A stretch of DNA of 62,917 nt, filler included, from Octopus bimaculoides (Eukaryota), in NCBI RefSeq assembly GCF_001194135.2. It is 4 parts of 4 records of this genome, joined end to end, with 100 filler letters (N's around TTAATTAATTAA, not from the genome) between each part and the next. Parts side by side here need not be neighbours in the genome. Positions count along the whole stretch, not along the records: positions 47,945 to 62,917 come from NC_068994.1; 3 more parts are not named here. One strand, 5' to 3'. The notes under the pieces were generated by a model that saw only the letters and a list, made by a program, of their open reading frames with translations, searched no databases and was not told where the DNA came from. Below, in pieces: positions 51,923 through 62,917 of the stretch. Each line of letters opens with the position of its first letter. Positions within the stretch are counted from its first letter, which is position 1. The translations under genes and the position numbers were made by a program.

Positions 51923-52466
51923 CTGAAGTTATAACAAAAGATAAGTTTTATACACACACATATATAACATTATCATCATTTTCTCACATCCACTTTCCAT
52001 ATAAGTAGTGTGTGTGGAGTACATGCATATCTGATGAAGCCCCTAATGCATATGCAACAAGATGGTTGAGAGACATTAACTGATAAAGATGTGAGTGAAA
52101 AAGGGTAGGAGTGATGGATGTGGAGTGTTGGTGAGAAGGTCAGATAGATTCAGTGTATCTCTAGTTACATTGGCAGCAACATACATTGAAGAAAAGACAT
52201 CCACTGTCTTCCTTAATCAATCTGACTAATGCAAAGTAGAAATTCAGAAAATGAGAAAAATGAGCAAGAGATGCATGAATACAAAAGCACCAGTGATAAG
52301 GTATTGTTGGTAGAGATATGGGTGGCAGTTAGACAAGTTATAGAAGGATGTGCAATAGGAAGATGAGTGATGGCATGGTGAGAGATAGAAGTGTGTTAGA
52401 GAAATGAGAGGCTAACAAAGAAAGGTCAATGACGTAAACCTGACAGCCTGTACACACACACACACA

Positions 52467-53590
52467 CAGGGTACCTCCAGAAAATGTGTACACACTTTAA
52501 CAGCTGATGACTCATTTTCATTTCTTTTTAGATTTAACTCATTAGAAATAATGAAAGGAGCTAAAGTAAGCTTTGAACAAAGGAAGTTTATTCAACTGCA
52601 TGTTTGAAAATGCAAACAAAGTGCAAAGGCAGTTTAGGAGGGAATTTCGAACACTTATCACTTGAATTAAAGGTAAGTTTGAAGCCAATTGAACTGTTCA
52701 GAATGTCCACAAGAAATGTTCTGGAAGATGGTGGATGTCAATGAGTCCAACAAAGCAAGAAAGGATACAAGAAACATATTGCCGGTAGTTCAAGAAAATC
52801 TGTGTGGCAAGCAAACCATAAGATAGGAATTTCAGAATCAATCATCTAATGCATTTTAAGGCACTGTCATTGGAAAAGTTACGTTCCAAGAATAGTCCAT
52901 ACTCTCAATAAAGATGATCTGGACTGAAGAGTGGAGTTTTGTGAATGGTTCTTGGCAAGTTGTGTAGAAGATGTGCACTTTCCAATAAAGATTTTTGCAG
53001 TGATGAGGTTATAATAAAATTAAATGGTTCAATTAACCACCATAATTGCATCTACTGGGGAGCTGAGAATCTGCATATTATGGAGAAACATCATATTAAT
53101 TTACCAGGAGTTATAGTATGGTGTGGCTTATCATCAAAAGGATTAATTGGACCATTCTTTTTTGACAATACTGTGAATTGTCCCATTGACTTAAACTTGC
53201 TGCAACAATTTGTAATCAAGAGAACTTTGCAGATATAGAATTTTTATTTCCATAGTAATGTAAGGATCTATCTTGATGAGGTTTTGCCAAACAAATGGAT
53301 AGTATGAAGAGGCTCAGTAGCTGTGTTCACAATGAGACTTATTTATGGGGATGCTAAAAAGATGAAATTTACAGTCCAAAACTAACAATTGACAAATGTG
53401 CACAAATATGGAATGATATGTTTCTTGATGCTTGCAACCCCATTGCTTCACATTATCAGTAGTGTTTGGACCAGAACAGTCATCAATTTAAAAAGAGGTG
53501 TTCATGAAAAATTAAATTCTGTCTGTAGATTCTATTAGATTTTAAGAAATACTGAATTAATAATCATTCAATACATGTGTATACCCACAC
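52467..53590 (+). mobile_element. Tc1/mariner relic with DUF4817-like N-terminus (DD41D/rosa-like)
   Basis: Starts cagggtacc. Translates MKGAKVSFEQRKFI...FENANKVQRQFRREF and [20 protein letters not shown]...[22 protein letters not shown]. Heavily CpG-depleted. Confidence 0.85.
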
Positions 53591-53597
53591 ATATAGA

Positions 53598-54380
53598 TGC
53601 AGGCATGGCTGTGTGGTAAGAAGTTTACTTTCCAACCACATGGTTCCAGGTTCAGTCCCACTGCATGGCACTTTGAGCAAGTGTCTTATACTATAGCCTC
53701 AGGTCAACCAAAACCTGAGTGGATTTGGTAGATGGAAACTGAAAGAAGCCCATTGTGTGTGTGTGTATGTGTGTATATATATATATATATATNNNNNNNN
53801 NNNNNNNNNNNNNNNNNNNNNNNNNNNNNNNNNNNNNNNNNNNNNNNNNNNNNNNNNNNNNNNNNNNNNNNNNNNNNNNNNNNNNNNNNNNNNNNNNNNN
53901 NNNNNNNNNNNNNNNNNNNNNNNNNNNNNNNNNNNNNNNNNNNNNNNNNNNNNNNNNNNNNNNNNNNNNNNNNNNNNNNNNNNNNNNNNNNNNNNNNNNN
54001 NNNNNNNNNNNNNNNNNNNNNNNNNNNNNNNNNNNNNNNNNNNNNNNNNNNNNNNNNNNNNNNNNNNNNNNNNNNNNNNNNNNNNNNNNNNNNNNNNNNN
54101 NNNNNNNNNNNNNNNNNNNNNNNNNNNNNNNNNNNNNNNNNNNNNNNNNNNNNNNNNNNNNGTGGCTATCATGGCGAACGTGACACATGTATATATATGT
54201 GTGTGTATTTGTGTCTATGCTTGTCCCCCCACCACTGCTGTTGGTGTTTTAACGTTCTTCTTAGTAATTTGGCAAAAGAGACTGATAGAATAAATACAAG
54301 GCTAAAAAACAAAAAATAAGTAGTGTGGTTGAATCATTCAACTCAACTTCTTCAAGGGCACCAGCACATGGCCACAGTCT
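53598..54380 (+). mobile_element. SINE family A, CpG-decayed, split by a gap
   Basis: Head 53598-53755 and tail 54200-54380. CpG sites converted (ccgg>ccag, gcgt>gcat, gacgg>gatgg, cccgtcg>cccattg). Confidence 0.85.
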
Positions 54381-54800
54381 GTGTGTGAGAGAGAGAGAGA
54401 GAGAGGGAGAGAGAGAGAGAGAGAGAGAGAGAAAATAATCACAGAAAGAATTAAATACTTTGTATACATGCCGCTACAACAACAAATATATTCCTTGTTT
54501 TCTTCACCGAAAATCATCTTTCTCTCTTTTTTTCTTCTTTCAGATATAAGGATTCTTTAGTCATACAAGTGGTAAGGCAACCTAGCTAGAGCTGGTGCCA
54601 CAAAAAATGTACATAGTAAAACATTTTATAAAGTGGTTGGTATTAGGAAGAAGCTCTAGTCATAAAAGTCATGTCATGGCTGAGGCACTAAAGGACAGTG
54701 CAATCCTCCAATTTGTCAGATCCATCTCAGGCCAGAATGGAAAGCACATGCAAAACGATAATGATGTTAATAACACACACACACACACCGCCACCACCAC

Positions 54801-54990
54801 CATTTAACATCTGCTTTCCATGCTGGAATGGGTTAGATGTTTCAACAGGAGTTGGTGAGCCAGAGGACTGAGCTGAGCTCCAATGTTTGCTTTGGCATGG
54901 TTTCTATGGCTGGATGCCTTTCCTAATACCAACCACTGTACAGAGTGTACAGGGCACATTTTCGTGGCACTAATGAAGTCACTAAGTAAC
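54801..54990 (-). mobile_element. RTE 3' end, CpG-decayed
   Basis: catttaacatctgctttccatgc...ggatgcctttcctaatacc. Confidence 0.75.
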
Positions 54991-55564
54991 TTGCAAGACC
55001 CCTTAGTGTTGAGAGAGACAGCTTTATGTCAGATGATGAGTGTCTGAAGTATGATAGAACAGGAACAGGTATTTTGCTACAGAGGAGATACATGGCTACC
55101 CCAAATGGAAAAGAGAAATGATGGTGAAGATGTGTTAGAGTATATTCTCAAGTTACAGGAAGATGAAAGTAAGACAAGACAAGGGTGATTAAGTAAGTTC
55201 ACAAAAGAGTGAAAAGATAGAGACAGATACATAGAGATAGTTTTAGAGGTAAATGCAGTGAATAGTAAACATGGATGGAGGCTTGGTCAATCTTGAATAT
55301 CAGTTTGGGGAAGAAGTGGATCAGGGAGGTAATAGGGAGCGGAACAGATGATGTAAAGAGTGTGGGAGTGATATGCAAGAGATGCACAGTGCCAGGGACA
55401 AGGTCAGAGGTACAAAGGGGGATGAAATATGTGCAGTTCCACTCTCATGATTACAACAGCTAAATGAATAATACTGTTGTCAGAAGACTGACAGAGGGAT
55501 AGATGTTAGAAAGACAAGTTGTTCGGGATAGATTGGGTGCCAGCATGGAAAATAGATGCTAAAT

Positions 55565-56160
55565 GATGATGATGATGGATGGGTCTTCTCTAGCACAGCA
55601 AATCATTTCAGTCCTTCAACATCTCTGTGAGGTTCAACATTTGGAGGTCATTCTTCACGTCTTCCTCTTCCACAGGTTCCATTCACATTTAAAAATTGAC
55701 ACTTCTTTATGCAGGTGTCCTTACCCATCTGTATCACATGGCCATACCAGCAGTTTTCTCTCTTGCACACCACATCTAATGTCTTTTATGCCCAAATATT
55801 CTCTCAACACATTTGCTGTATATGCACACTAGAGGTAATAGCTCTGAACTTTTTCCAGCTAGTTCTTATTCTAGCAACTATGTTTTTCAGAGCATGCTCC
55901 TCCATTGCTAATTAGGTGACCTAGGTAACAAAAACCATCTAGTTCCTCCTGGGCATTTTAGAAAATCTATTTTCCATGCATTCTTACTAAGTATTGTTCT
56001 TGTGCTTCTGCCACACACAAAGTCTACTTCCTCTATTAACCTTCCTGTGATTCAACCACAGCTCTTATGTGTCCACAGTTTGCTCTAGGTATACCATATG
56101 GAATTTCTACCAACACCTTCCCTACATATCAAACAGGGCTATTTTCTTGAGTGTCTTTCT
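55565..56160 (-). mobile_element. Older, internally deleted RTE fragment of the same family
   Basis: Homologous to 56400-57100 (ttctctcttgcacaccacatct; ctctgaactttttcc; reverse complement PCLICREGVGRNS). Confidence 0.7.
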
Positions 56161-56191
56161 CAAATGTGCCGCACACATGGTAATCCATTAC

Positions 56192-57452
56192 CATCATCAT
56201 CATCATCATTTAACGTCCATTGTTGGACAGTCTGACCAGGGCTAGCAAGCTGGATGTCTGCACCGGATTCCAGTCTGATTTGGCATGGTTTCTACGACTG
56301 GATGCCCTTCCTAACGCCAACCACTCCAATTTTACTTGGCTTGACGAGTCTTCTCAAGTACAGCATATCGCCAAAGGTTTCAGTTATTAGTCATTGCCTC
56401 TGTAAGACCCAAAGTTTGAAGATCAAAGTTCACTACTTCGTCCAATGTCTTCCTGGATCTACCTCTACCACAGGTTCCCTCCACAGTTAGAGATCAGCAC
56501 TTCTTTACACAGCTGCCCTTGTACCAGTGCAATCGTCTTTCTTGTACACCACATCTCATGCCTCTTATACCTAACTTTTCTCTCAAGATGCTTACACTTT
56601 GTCGAACATGCACACTGACATTGCACATCCAGCAAAGCATACTGGTTTCATTTCTTTCAAGCCTATGCATGTCCTCAGCTGTCACAGCCCATGTTTCACT
56701 ACCATGTAGCATAGCTGTTTGCACACAGGCATCATACAATCTGCCTTTCACTCTGAGGGAGAGGCCCTTTGTTGCCAGCATAGGTAGGAGCTCTCTGAAC
56801 TTTGCCCAGCCTAATCTTATTCTCACAGCTATGCTCTCGGAGCATCCACTTCCACTACTGACTTGGTCACTGAGATAACGGAAGCTATCTACTACCTCTA
56901 GCTTACCCCACTGGAAGTTGATGACATCTATTTTCTGTACATTTTCAGTGTTTATTGTACCTATGCATCTTCTACACACAAAAGCTATTTTCCATGTTAA
57001 TCTTCCTCTGATAGTGCTGCATCTCTTATGTGCCCAGAGCTTACACTGGGTACATCTTATGGAGTTTCTACCTGAAGGGATTTGCGATTTGTCTGCCTTC
57101 CTACTTACGAAGACTTTGGTTTTTGCTAGGTTAACCCTAAAGCTGTTTGATTCTAGATCATGCTTCCATACCTGAAACTTCTCTAGTTCTGGTAATGATT
57201 CAGCTATAAGAACAAGGTCATCAGCATAGAGGAGTTCCCAGAGGAAGCCTGTCTTAAATTCCTCTGTTATTGCCTGGAGGACTATGATAAACAAAAGGGG
57301 GCTGAGGACTGGTCCTTGGTGAACCCCTACTTCTACCCTGAATTCTTCACTGTACTCATTGCCAACCCTCACCTTACTGATAGTGTTCCTGTACATGGCT
57401 TGTACAGCTCTCACCAACCACTTGTCTATCCCTACTTTCTGCATTGACCACC
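56192..57452 (-). mobile_element. RTE-clade LINE, 5'-truncated (RT C-half, PHD-like finger, 3' UTR, (GAT)n tail)
   Basis: ORF 56494-57516 contains GVHQGPVLSPLLF, LLYADDLVL, FRYL and MLHGSETW. The 3' UTR has ttggcgttaggaagggcatccag and ends in ggacgttaaa(tga)n. Confidence 0.95.
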
Positions 57453-58167
57453 TCTGTTCGAAGATGTGGGGTGGCATGACATCACACTCATTGGAGACAC
57501 ACCTAAACGCCATCACAGCTTGGGGAAACTTGGTTTCATGATATATGGGATATCACATGGATTGTAGGCAAGTCACTTGTAGTTTTGGGTATTGTGCAAC
57601 TTGTCCTGGCAGAAGTTCTTTTCATCTGAGAAGAACCAGATCATCTCTGGCTCAACAGGATACTTCAGCTTGTTCAGGAGCTTTTTTGCCTTGGCTGTCC
57701 GAATTTGTCCCTTGCACCTCTTGGATGAGTGACAGCAAAGATATTCATTCAGGGCCAGCTTCATGGTGGCAACTCCAACAGGTGTCTCCTGCCAAACCAG
57801 ATTCTCTGGCTCAGATCTTCCATCACCTTACTCTGCAATTGTTGGATGAATTTTGGCATGCAGACACACCCAGAATGCCTGCTGTGTCCCTTCCTGCTGG
57901 TCATGGCTTCATAGTCTCCACTGCATCTATGTCATATCTTACAACCTTTACAGTTCATAGAGAACTAAGCAACAGTCATGATGTTGACATTATGATACCT
58001 GGCAAGAATTATCATGATACAGGTAACTCTTTTCCAATATTCAGTCTTCCCTATCAACTTTTTCTCAACATTATGCTATCCAACCTTATTGACTGTTCAC
58101 CAATACATCAAGCAGCTCCCCCAAAAAGGAAACAAAAAAAATCATCAAAGTTAGCCTGAACACCCTG
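57453..58167 (-). mobile_element. Tc1/mariner (DD37D/maT-like) transposon 5' half
   Basis: Terminus cagggtgttcagg at 58167. Translation GDYEAMTSRKGHSR...KKLLNKLKYPVEPEMIWFFSDEKNFCQD...DVMPPHIFEQ is cut off by the RTE. Confidence 0.85.
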
Positions 58168-59711
58168 TTACATCAGTTGTTGGGCATGACACCTTCCTGT
58201 ACAACCTGATTAACTATATGGATGACAAGGCATATCCTGCTCTGCTAGATATTTTAAACATTTTGGTGCTAATTCTTTATGAACCAAGAGTTTTCCTTGT
58301 CTTTATATCCTTAACTGCTTTATCTATCATGTTGGATCCATGTTAGAAAGACTCTCCTTCACCCATGCATACAGAGATAAATATTATTATATATAGAAAT
58401 ATATGTGGATGAGTGTGTTTGTATGTTCATCTGTATGTGTCTTCATATTTGGAGTTCAATGTGTTAAGTACCTTACTAAAAAAAATGTAAACATAAGCAT
58501 CAGGAAAATAATCAACTGTAGAATAATTCCTCAGGAAGTCTCATCCAACTTGTGCCAACATGGAAAAGGCAGACATAAAAGTTATGATAATTCACATGGT
58601 GCTGTGGTCTTGAATGAAAATAAAGCACTCAATGTTGTACAGAGTAGAATGTATATATAAAAAGATTTGTGGATTACATGAGTGTTAATATCAATTTTAT
58701 GGTCACTACAGACTGGCAACTAATCTTAATTAAATACTTAGTATCCAGGCATCTACATTTTCTGACACATTCATGCTGCTTTGTTTTAAAAAAGAGACAG
58801 CATACAGCTAGCTGCCTCGGCATATAGTGTGAGTATGCATGCATGTGTGTGTGTATGTGCTTGGCGATAACTATCAAAATCAACCATGACAATGAATGAT
58901 TCTAATTTATGTACACTGTTTACAATAGTCAGAGTGGTGTCCTCATCATGATTGTTACTTTCACTATGTTTCGACTGTTGTAACACTCTAGCATTCTTCA
59001 TCTGTTTTGTATATCACCTTAGTGCCTTGCCTGGGATTGAAGTCAGAACCTGTAGCTGACTACACTGCATTAACCAATGCCTTTATCTGCTATGCTATGC
59101 CCATAGGCAATGAATTTTTAAGGCTTATAAACCTCCATTAATGTCTTATGTCAGCTCCATACCAATTCTAATTTAATTTATTAATTGTATTTCTAGAATA
59201 TGACTTTTTTTAATTTTTATACAAATTAAATTAGCCAATCTCCTAATTACCTTTGTATATATGTATATGCAGAGATATATTTGTGCATGCAAATGTCCAT
59301 ATGTATAATCAACATGTGTGTGTTAACATCACTTCTTCAAAGTATACAACCTATCTAATTAATCTCTCATTTCCCAATGGATGTTTCCTTTACAATATAA
59401 ACATAACAAAACTGCTGTTCACTGGTTTTATAATATATAAAAAAAACTTTTTACACATTTTGCATACATGATGTATTATGGACTATATTGTGCTCTTTTT
59501 TCTTTAAGTGGGAAAGATGTGATCAAAGGAGATTTCACTAGTATTTCTAGCAGATTCAGCAATATGTTGAGGTTAACCTGTTAGCTTGATTGTTTGTAGT
59601 TATACATGTGTGCAAAAAATTGAGGACAGTCATGGCTAGAACAGGTTTGATCAGAGGTCTGCAGGAATAGAGATGATATATAGTTAGTTAAACACAATAT
59701 TAAATGCATAC

Positions 59712-59826
59712 CTGTTTTGCAACTGGCAACAGATAGTAAAAACAGTGTACACGCACTTCAAGGTGTAGCAGCAACAGACATATCTCTGCTAGATTTTGGA
59801 AATCAGTCACCAAAGATTTCAAAGAC
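59712..59826 (-). CDS. EXOC4: Exocyst complex component 4 (Sec8), internal coding exon (115 bp)
   Basis: Minus strand ttttctcattgtaaAG|...|GTatgc. Translates (1 nt +) SLKSLVTDFQNLAEICLLLLHLEVRVHCFYYLLPVAKQ, matching the Sec8 motif CLLVLHLEVRVHCFHYL. Phase joins the next exon in frame. Confidence 0.95.
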
Positions 59827-60551
59827 CTTTACAATGAGAAAATTAGTAAATATAATTAAAAGAACAATTAGAATTTAATTTTGAAATACAATTTAACAAA
59901 TACAATCTTATAATTAGCAAAAAATAAATATAATTTAATAAATATGATTTAACATAAGTAAAAAATATAATTTGGTAATTAAATATAATTTAATAAATTA
60001 ATGTAACAGTTTATCAAACTATAAATAAATAACTGAATCAACTATAAATAAATACTTTATAAACAAGAAAAATAAAGAAACTTTGTTGTTTTTTTTATCT
60101 GGTTGTTTTCTTTTAGATATACACACAAGTACACTAACATGCATACACAAATGTACATGTACATGAGCAATCAGTAATAACAGTAAATGTTTACTTAAAT
60201 TACATCTTATTGTCTTAAAAGAGTGAAGGGCATATAAGGCAAACATGAAGGCATAGGCAAGACTAGAATGATTTTAATTATAGGTGTCTAGCAGAAACAT
60301 GATCACTCCTTACCACATTGTAGCTTTTTACTTTTAGCTACCAACTTTTGGTTCACCACGTGATGGTCAAGTCCATTTAGCGTTACACGAACTGTCCACC
60401 CCTTAATGTGATAGACTGGCCAAGCGTCACAATATCAGCTATTTAAGGGACTCTTATTTCTCCTATTTCTAAAGGGAGTGAGTTTTTGCTATGAGTGATT
60501 TTAGATCTTTGATGTGAGAGTAGCTTGATTCCACTTTGCAGTTTCAGCTTG

Positions 60552-60715
60552 AACAGAATTGTAACCAGAATTCTTGACACTATGCTATGTGTCTTTCCAA
60601 CATTTGAATATAATTGTAACCAGAATCCTTAACACTATGCTTCATGTCTTACCAACATTTTAAACAGAATTGTTACCAGAATTTTTTATGCTATGCTTCA
60701 GGTTTTTCTTACCTA
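60552..60715 (+). repeat. Minisatellite, ~55-bp unit x3
   Basis: aa.a.aattgtaaccagaat..tt.acactatgct.....cttRccaacattt repeated. Confidence 0.85.
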
Positions 60716-60949
60716 TCTTCCATTTTAATGAGCATTTGAATCTATATAATGTATTGACAATTATTAATGTCCTACCAGTTTGCTGCATCTAATTTTAGTG
60801 ATGGTAATAAATGTTTCAGTGTGGTCAACTGCAACTTGTCTTTGAATTTGTTTATTGATATCTACCCTGATCTCATTTAACAGAAGACATAATATTATCA
60901 GACCTTAAACTGCATTTCATACAACAACCTTTCATTATTTCACTAAAGG

Positions 60950-62917
60950 TGTGTTGTGAAGAGAGATAGGCTGGTCCAAGTAAAGTATAAATAGTAACAG
61001 TCCGAGTGAGTTCAAAGGTTCAGTGGTCAGAGTCGTGTTAGTTCACTGTGAAGTCAGAAGGTGTCAGTTGGTTAGTTCACAAGGAATATTAATTGTTGGT
61101 TCCTAAAGAGATTTGTTTATCTTATTTATTGTACAAAACAAATTACATTACATCTGGTGCTGAGGTTTTTGAAGCTCACATAGTTTATTCAACAATTTGT
61201 TCATGATACAACTTGTTAAATAATGGAAGATCTATTAGCTTCCATAGTACGGTTTCAAAAGCAACAACAAGAGCAGCAACAGGAGTTGTAGCAACTATTA
61301 CAGCAACAACAATTATTGGAGCTATATTCAAAAAAGTGCAAAAACAAGGTAAGTTCATTTTTGCCTGATTGCATTTCAAATTCGATTAATGAATTCAGTT
61401 ATAACCCAGAGGAGGGTTTAACTTTTGGATTGTACTACGAAAGGTACAAGGAGATTTTTACGCAAGATTGCAAATCATAGTTGGATGAACAAAAAGTGAG
61501 ATTGTTACTGTAAGAATTAGCTCTGTTAGAGCATGAACGTTACTGTAATTTTATATTGTCCAAAAAACCCAATGGAATTTGTTTTAAAGAAATAATAGAA
61601 TTACTGTCTAACATATTCGGTGATAAAACTTCTCAATTTAACACTTGAATAGAGTGTTGGAATATAACAAAAAAAGAGAATGATGATTTTATTATCACAT
61701 ATGCAGGAACAGTCAACAGGATGTGTGAAAGTTTTAAACTCATTTTCATACAAGGCCTTACAGTAAGCGAAGATACAGAAATGTGGCAAGAATTGTTTCT
61801 AAATTGGAACAAGGGAACTAAGATCTAACCTTACAGTCTGTGGCAGAAGAATGCCAAAGGATGGTAAACCTGAAATATGATGTAGAAAAAATTCAAGAAA
61901 AGGATTCCTCAAAAATACAAATATGCCGACTGGAAAAGTACAACCAAAAAAGGGCACCACATCCTAATCCATGTTATGCATGTGGGAGCATACATTTCAG
62001 AAAAGACTGTCCATTTAAAAATAAAAAATGTTACAGTTGCAAAAGAATTGGTCACAAGAGTTCACACTGCAGAACAAAATTACAAAGATCACATGTTAAA
62101 AATCCTAGAGTGCTCTCAGCAGAAACAAATACTGACTCCTAAATAAGAAAATTCATACATATAAAAATAAATGGAATACATATTAAACTTCAACTGGATA
62201 CTGGAAGTGATATTTCAATAATAAATATGGACACATGGAAGAAAATAGGGAAACTTATGTTGAGAAAAACAGCAAAATCTGCTCCTAGTGTGACAGGCGA
62301 CAAATTACATTTCATAGGCAAAATGTGAACTAATGTCACATTTCGAGGGAAAATATACAAGGCGAAACTCTTCATTGTTAAAAATGCAACCAACCTGTGT
62401 ATCAATCAGTTAGAATTATTTGATTTAAAGGACCTCCCCATAAATCTATTGTAAAAATATAAATGGTTGTCCCTCTAAAAATAATTCGTCTGAGGAGTTA
62501 ATGATAAAATTTAGAAAAATGTTTCCATGTGTACTTTCAGCCCCTATTGGGGGTGGGTGTGTTAATGTCAACCAGAGAAGTTGAATTGTTGGGAATCTTT
62601 TTAACTTGGGTGTAATATGTATTGTTTGAATTTCTTTGAAATAGGAAATATATGTATGTTCACTGGGTTTGTAAAAGTGAGCAAAGCTACAGGAAATCAA
62701 AAGACGAATGATCACGATAATCAGTCAGCTACCGTAGCCTAGTCGTTACTACTCCCCAATGTAGGATTCCTCACCATACAGGTGACAGGTACAGCTTTAA
62801 GATGCATTATGGATCTATAGCAATTGGAATGGCATGACTCAATAGAAACAACAATGTGTGATGTTTGGAGTAAAGGGAAATGAAAGTGTAGCCTCTGGAG
62901 TTTGCAAATGACCACTA
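60950..62917 (+). mobile_element. Ty3/Gypsy (Mag-like) LTR retrotransposon relic: 5' LTR, PBS, gag, protease, deleted RT
   Basis: LTR-like tract with TATAAATA ends in ACA at 61152 (LTR start uncertain), followed by PBS TGGTGCTGAGG (61155). gag ATG at ~61223; twin knuckles CYACGSIHFRKDC and CYSCKRIGHKSSHC; protease LQLDTGSDISII. Many stops. Confidence 0.9.

Noticed and set aside
52025-52085. CTGATGAAGCC...GAGACATT hammerhead-like string
   Set aside because: No stem I, core mutated, oversized loop.
60711-60740. Phase-compatible 29-bp micro-exon (IQMLIKMEDR) upstream of the EXOC4 exon
   Set aside because: The donor derives from a minisatellite unit and the peptide is not Sec8-like.
1-62917. 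CRISPR arrays, rRNA or prokaryotic/viral systems
   Set aside because: No regularly spaced repeat-spacer arrays, rRNA similarity or operon-like coding density.

Overview
AT-rich, gap-riddled, repeat-dominated animal genomic DNA. The SINE, RTE and microsatellite content looks like an octopus/coleoid genome (inference from recalled repeat families, not a database search). The window is four pieces joined by artificial 100-bp N44-TTAATTAATTAA-N44 spacers: 1-24572, 24673-33175, 33276-47844 and 47945-62917. The only recognisable host gene is EXOC4 (Sec8), seen as three consecutive minus-strand coding exons (59712-59826, 51804-51922, 51180-51275) that the ORF track misses. Its last exon(s) are not visible in the window. 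The rest is transposon debris: tRNA-derived SINEs of at least 3 families, RTE (two lineages), CR1-like and L1/Tx1-like LINE fragments, Gypsy relics, Tc1/mariner relics (DD34E-, DD37D- and DD41D-like), hAT and Tc1 MITEs, a Merlin-like fragment and a degraded Helitron helicase. The most notable signals are (i) several hammerhead-ribozyme motifs, one nearly canonical at 44566-44611, with three of the five lying in foldback elements, (ii) a CpG-decay footprint over the EXOC4-containing piece, (iii) a PHD-type zinc finger inside the RTE reverse transcriptase, and (iv) an ancient non-coding tandem array at about 38.5-46.6 kb. Most ORFs in the supplied track are microsatellite or N-run artefacts. All translations and alignments were done by eye, and repeat boundaries are approximate unless a TSD or TIR is quoted.
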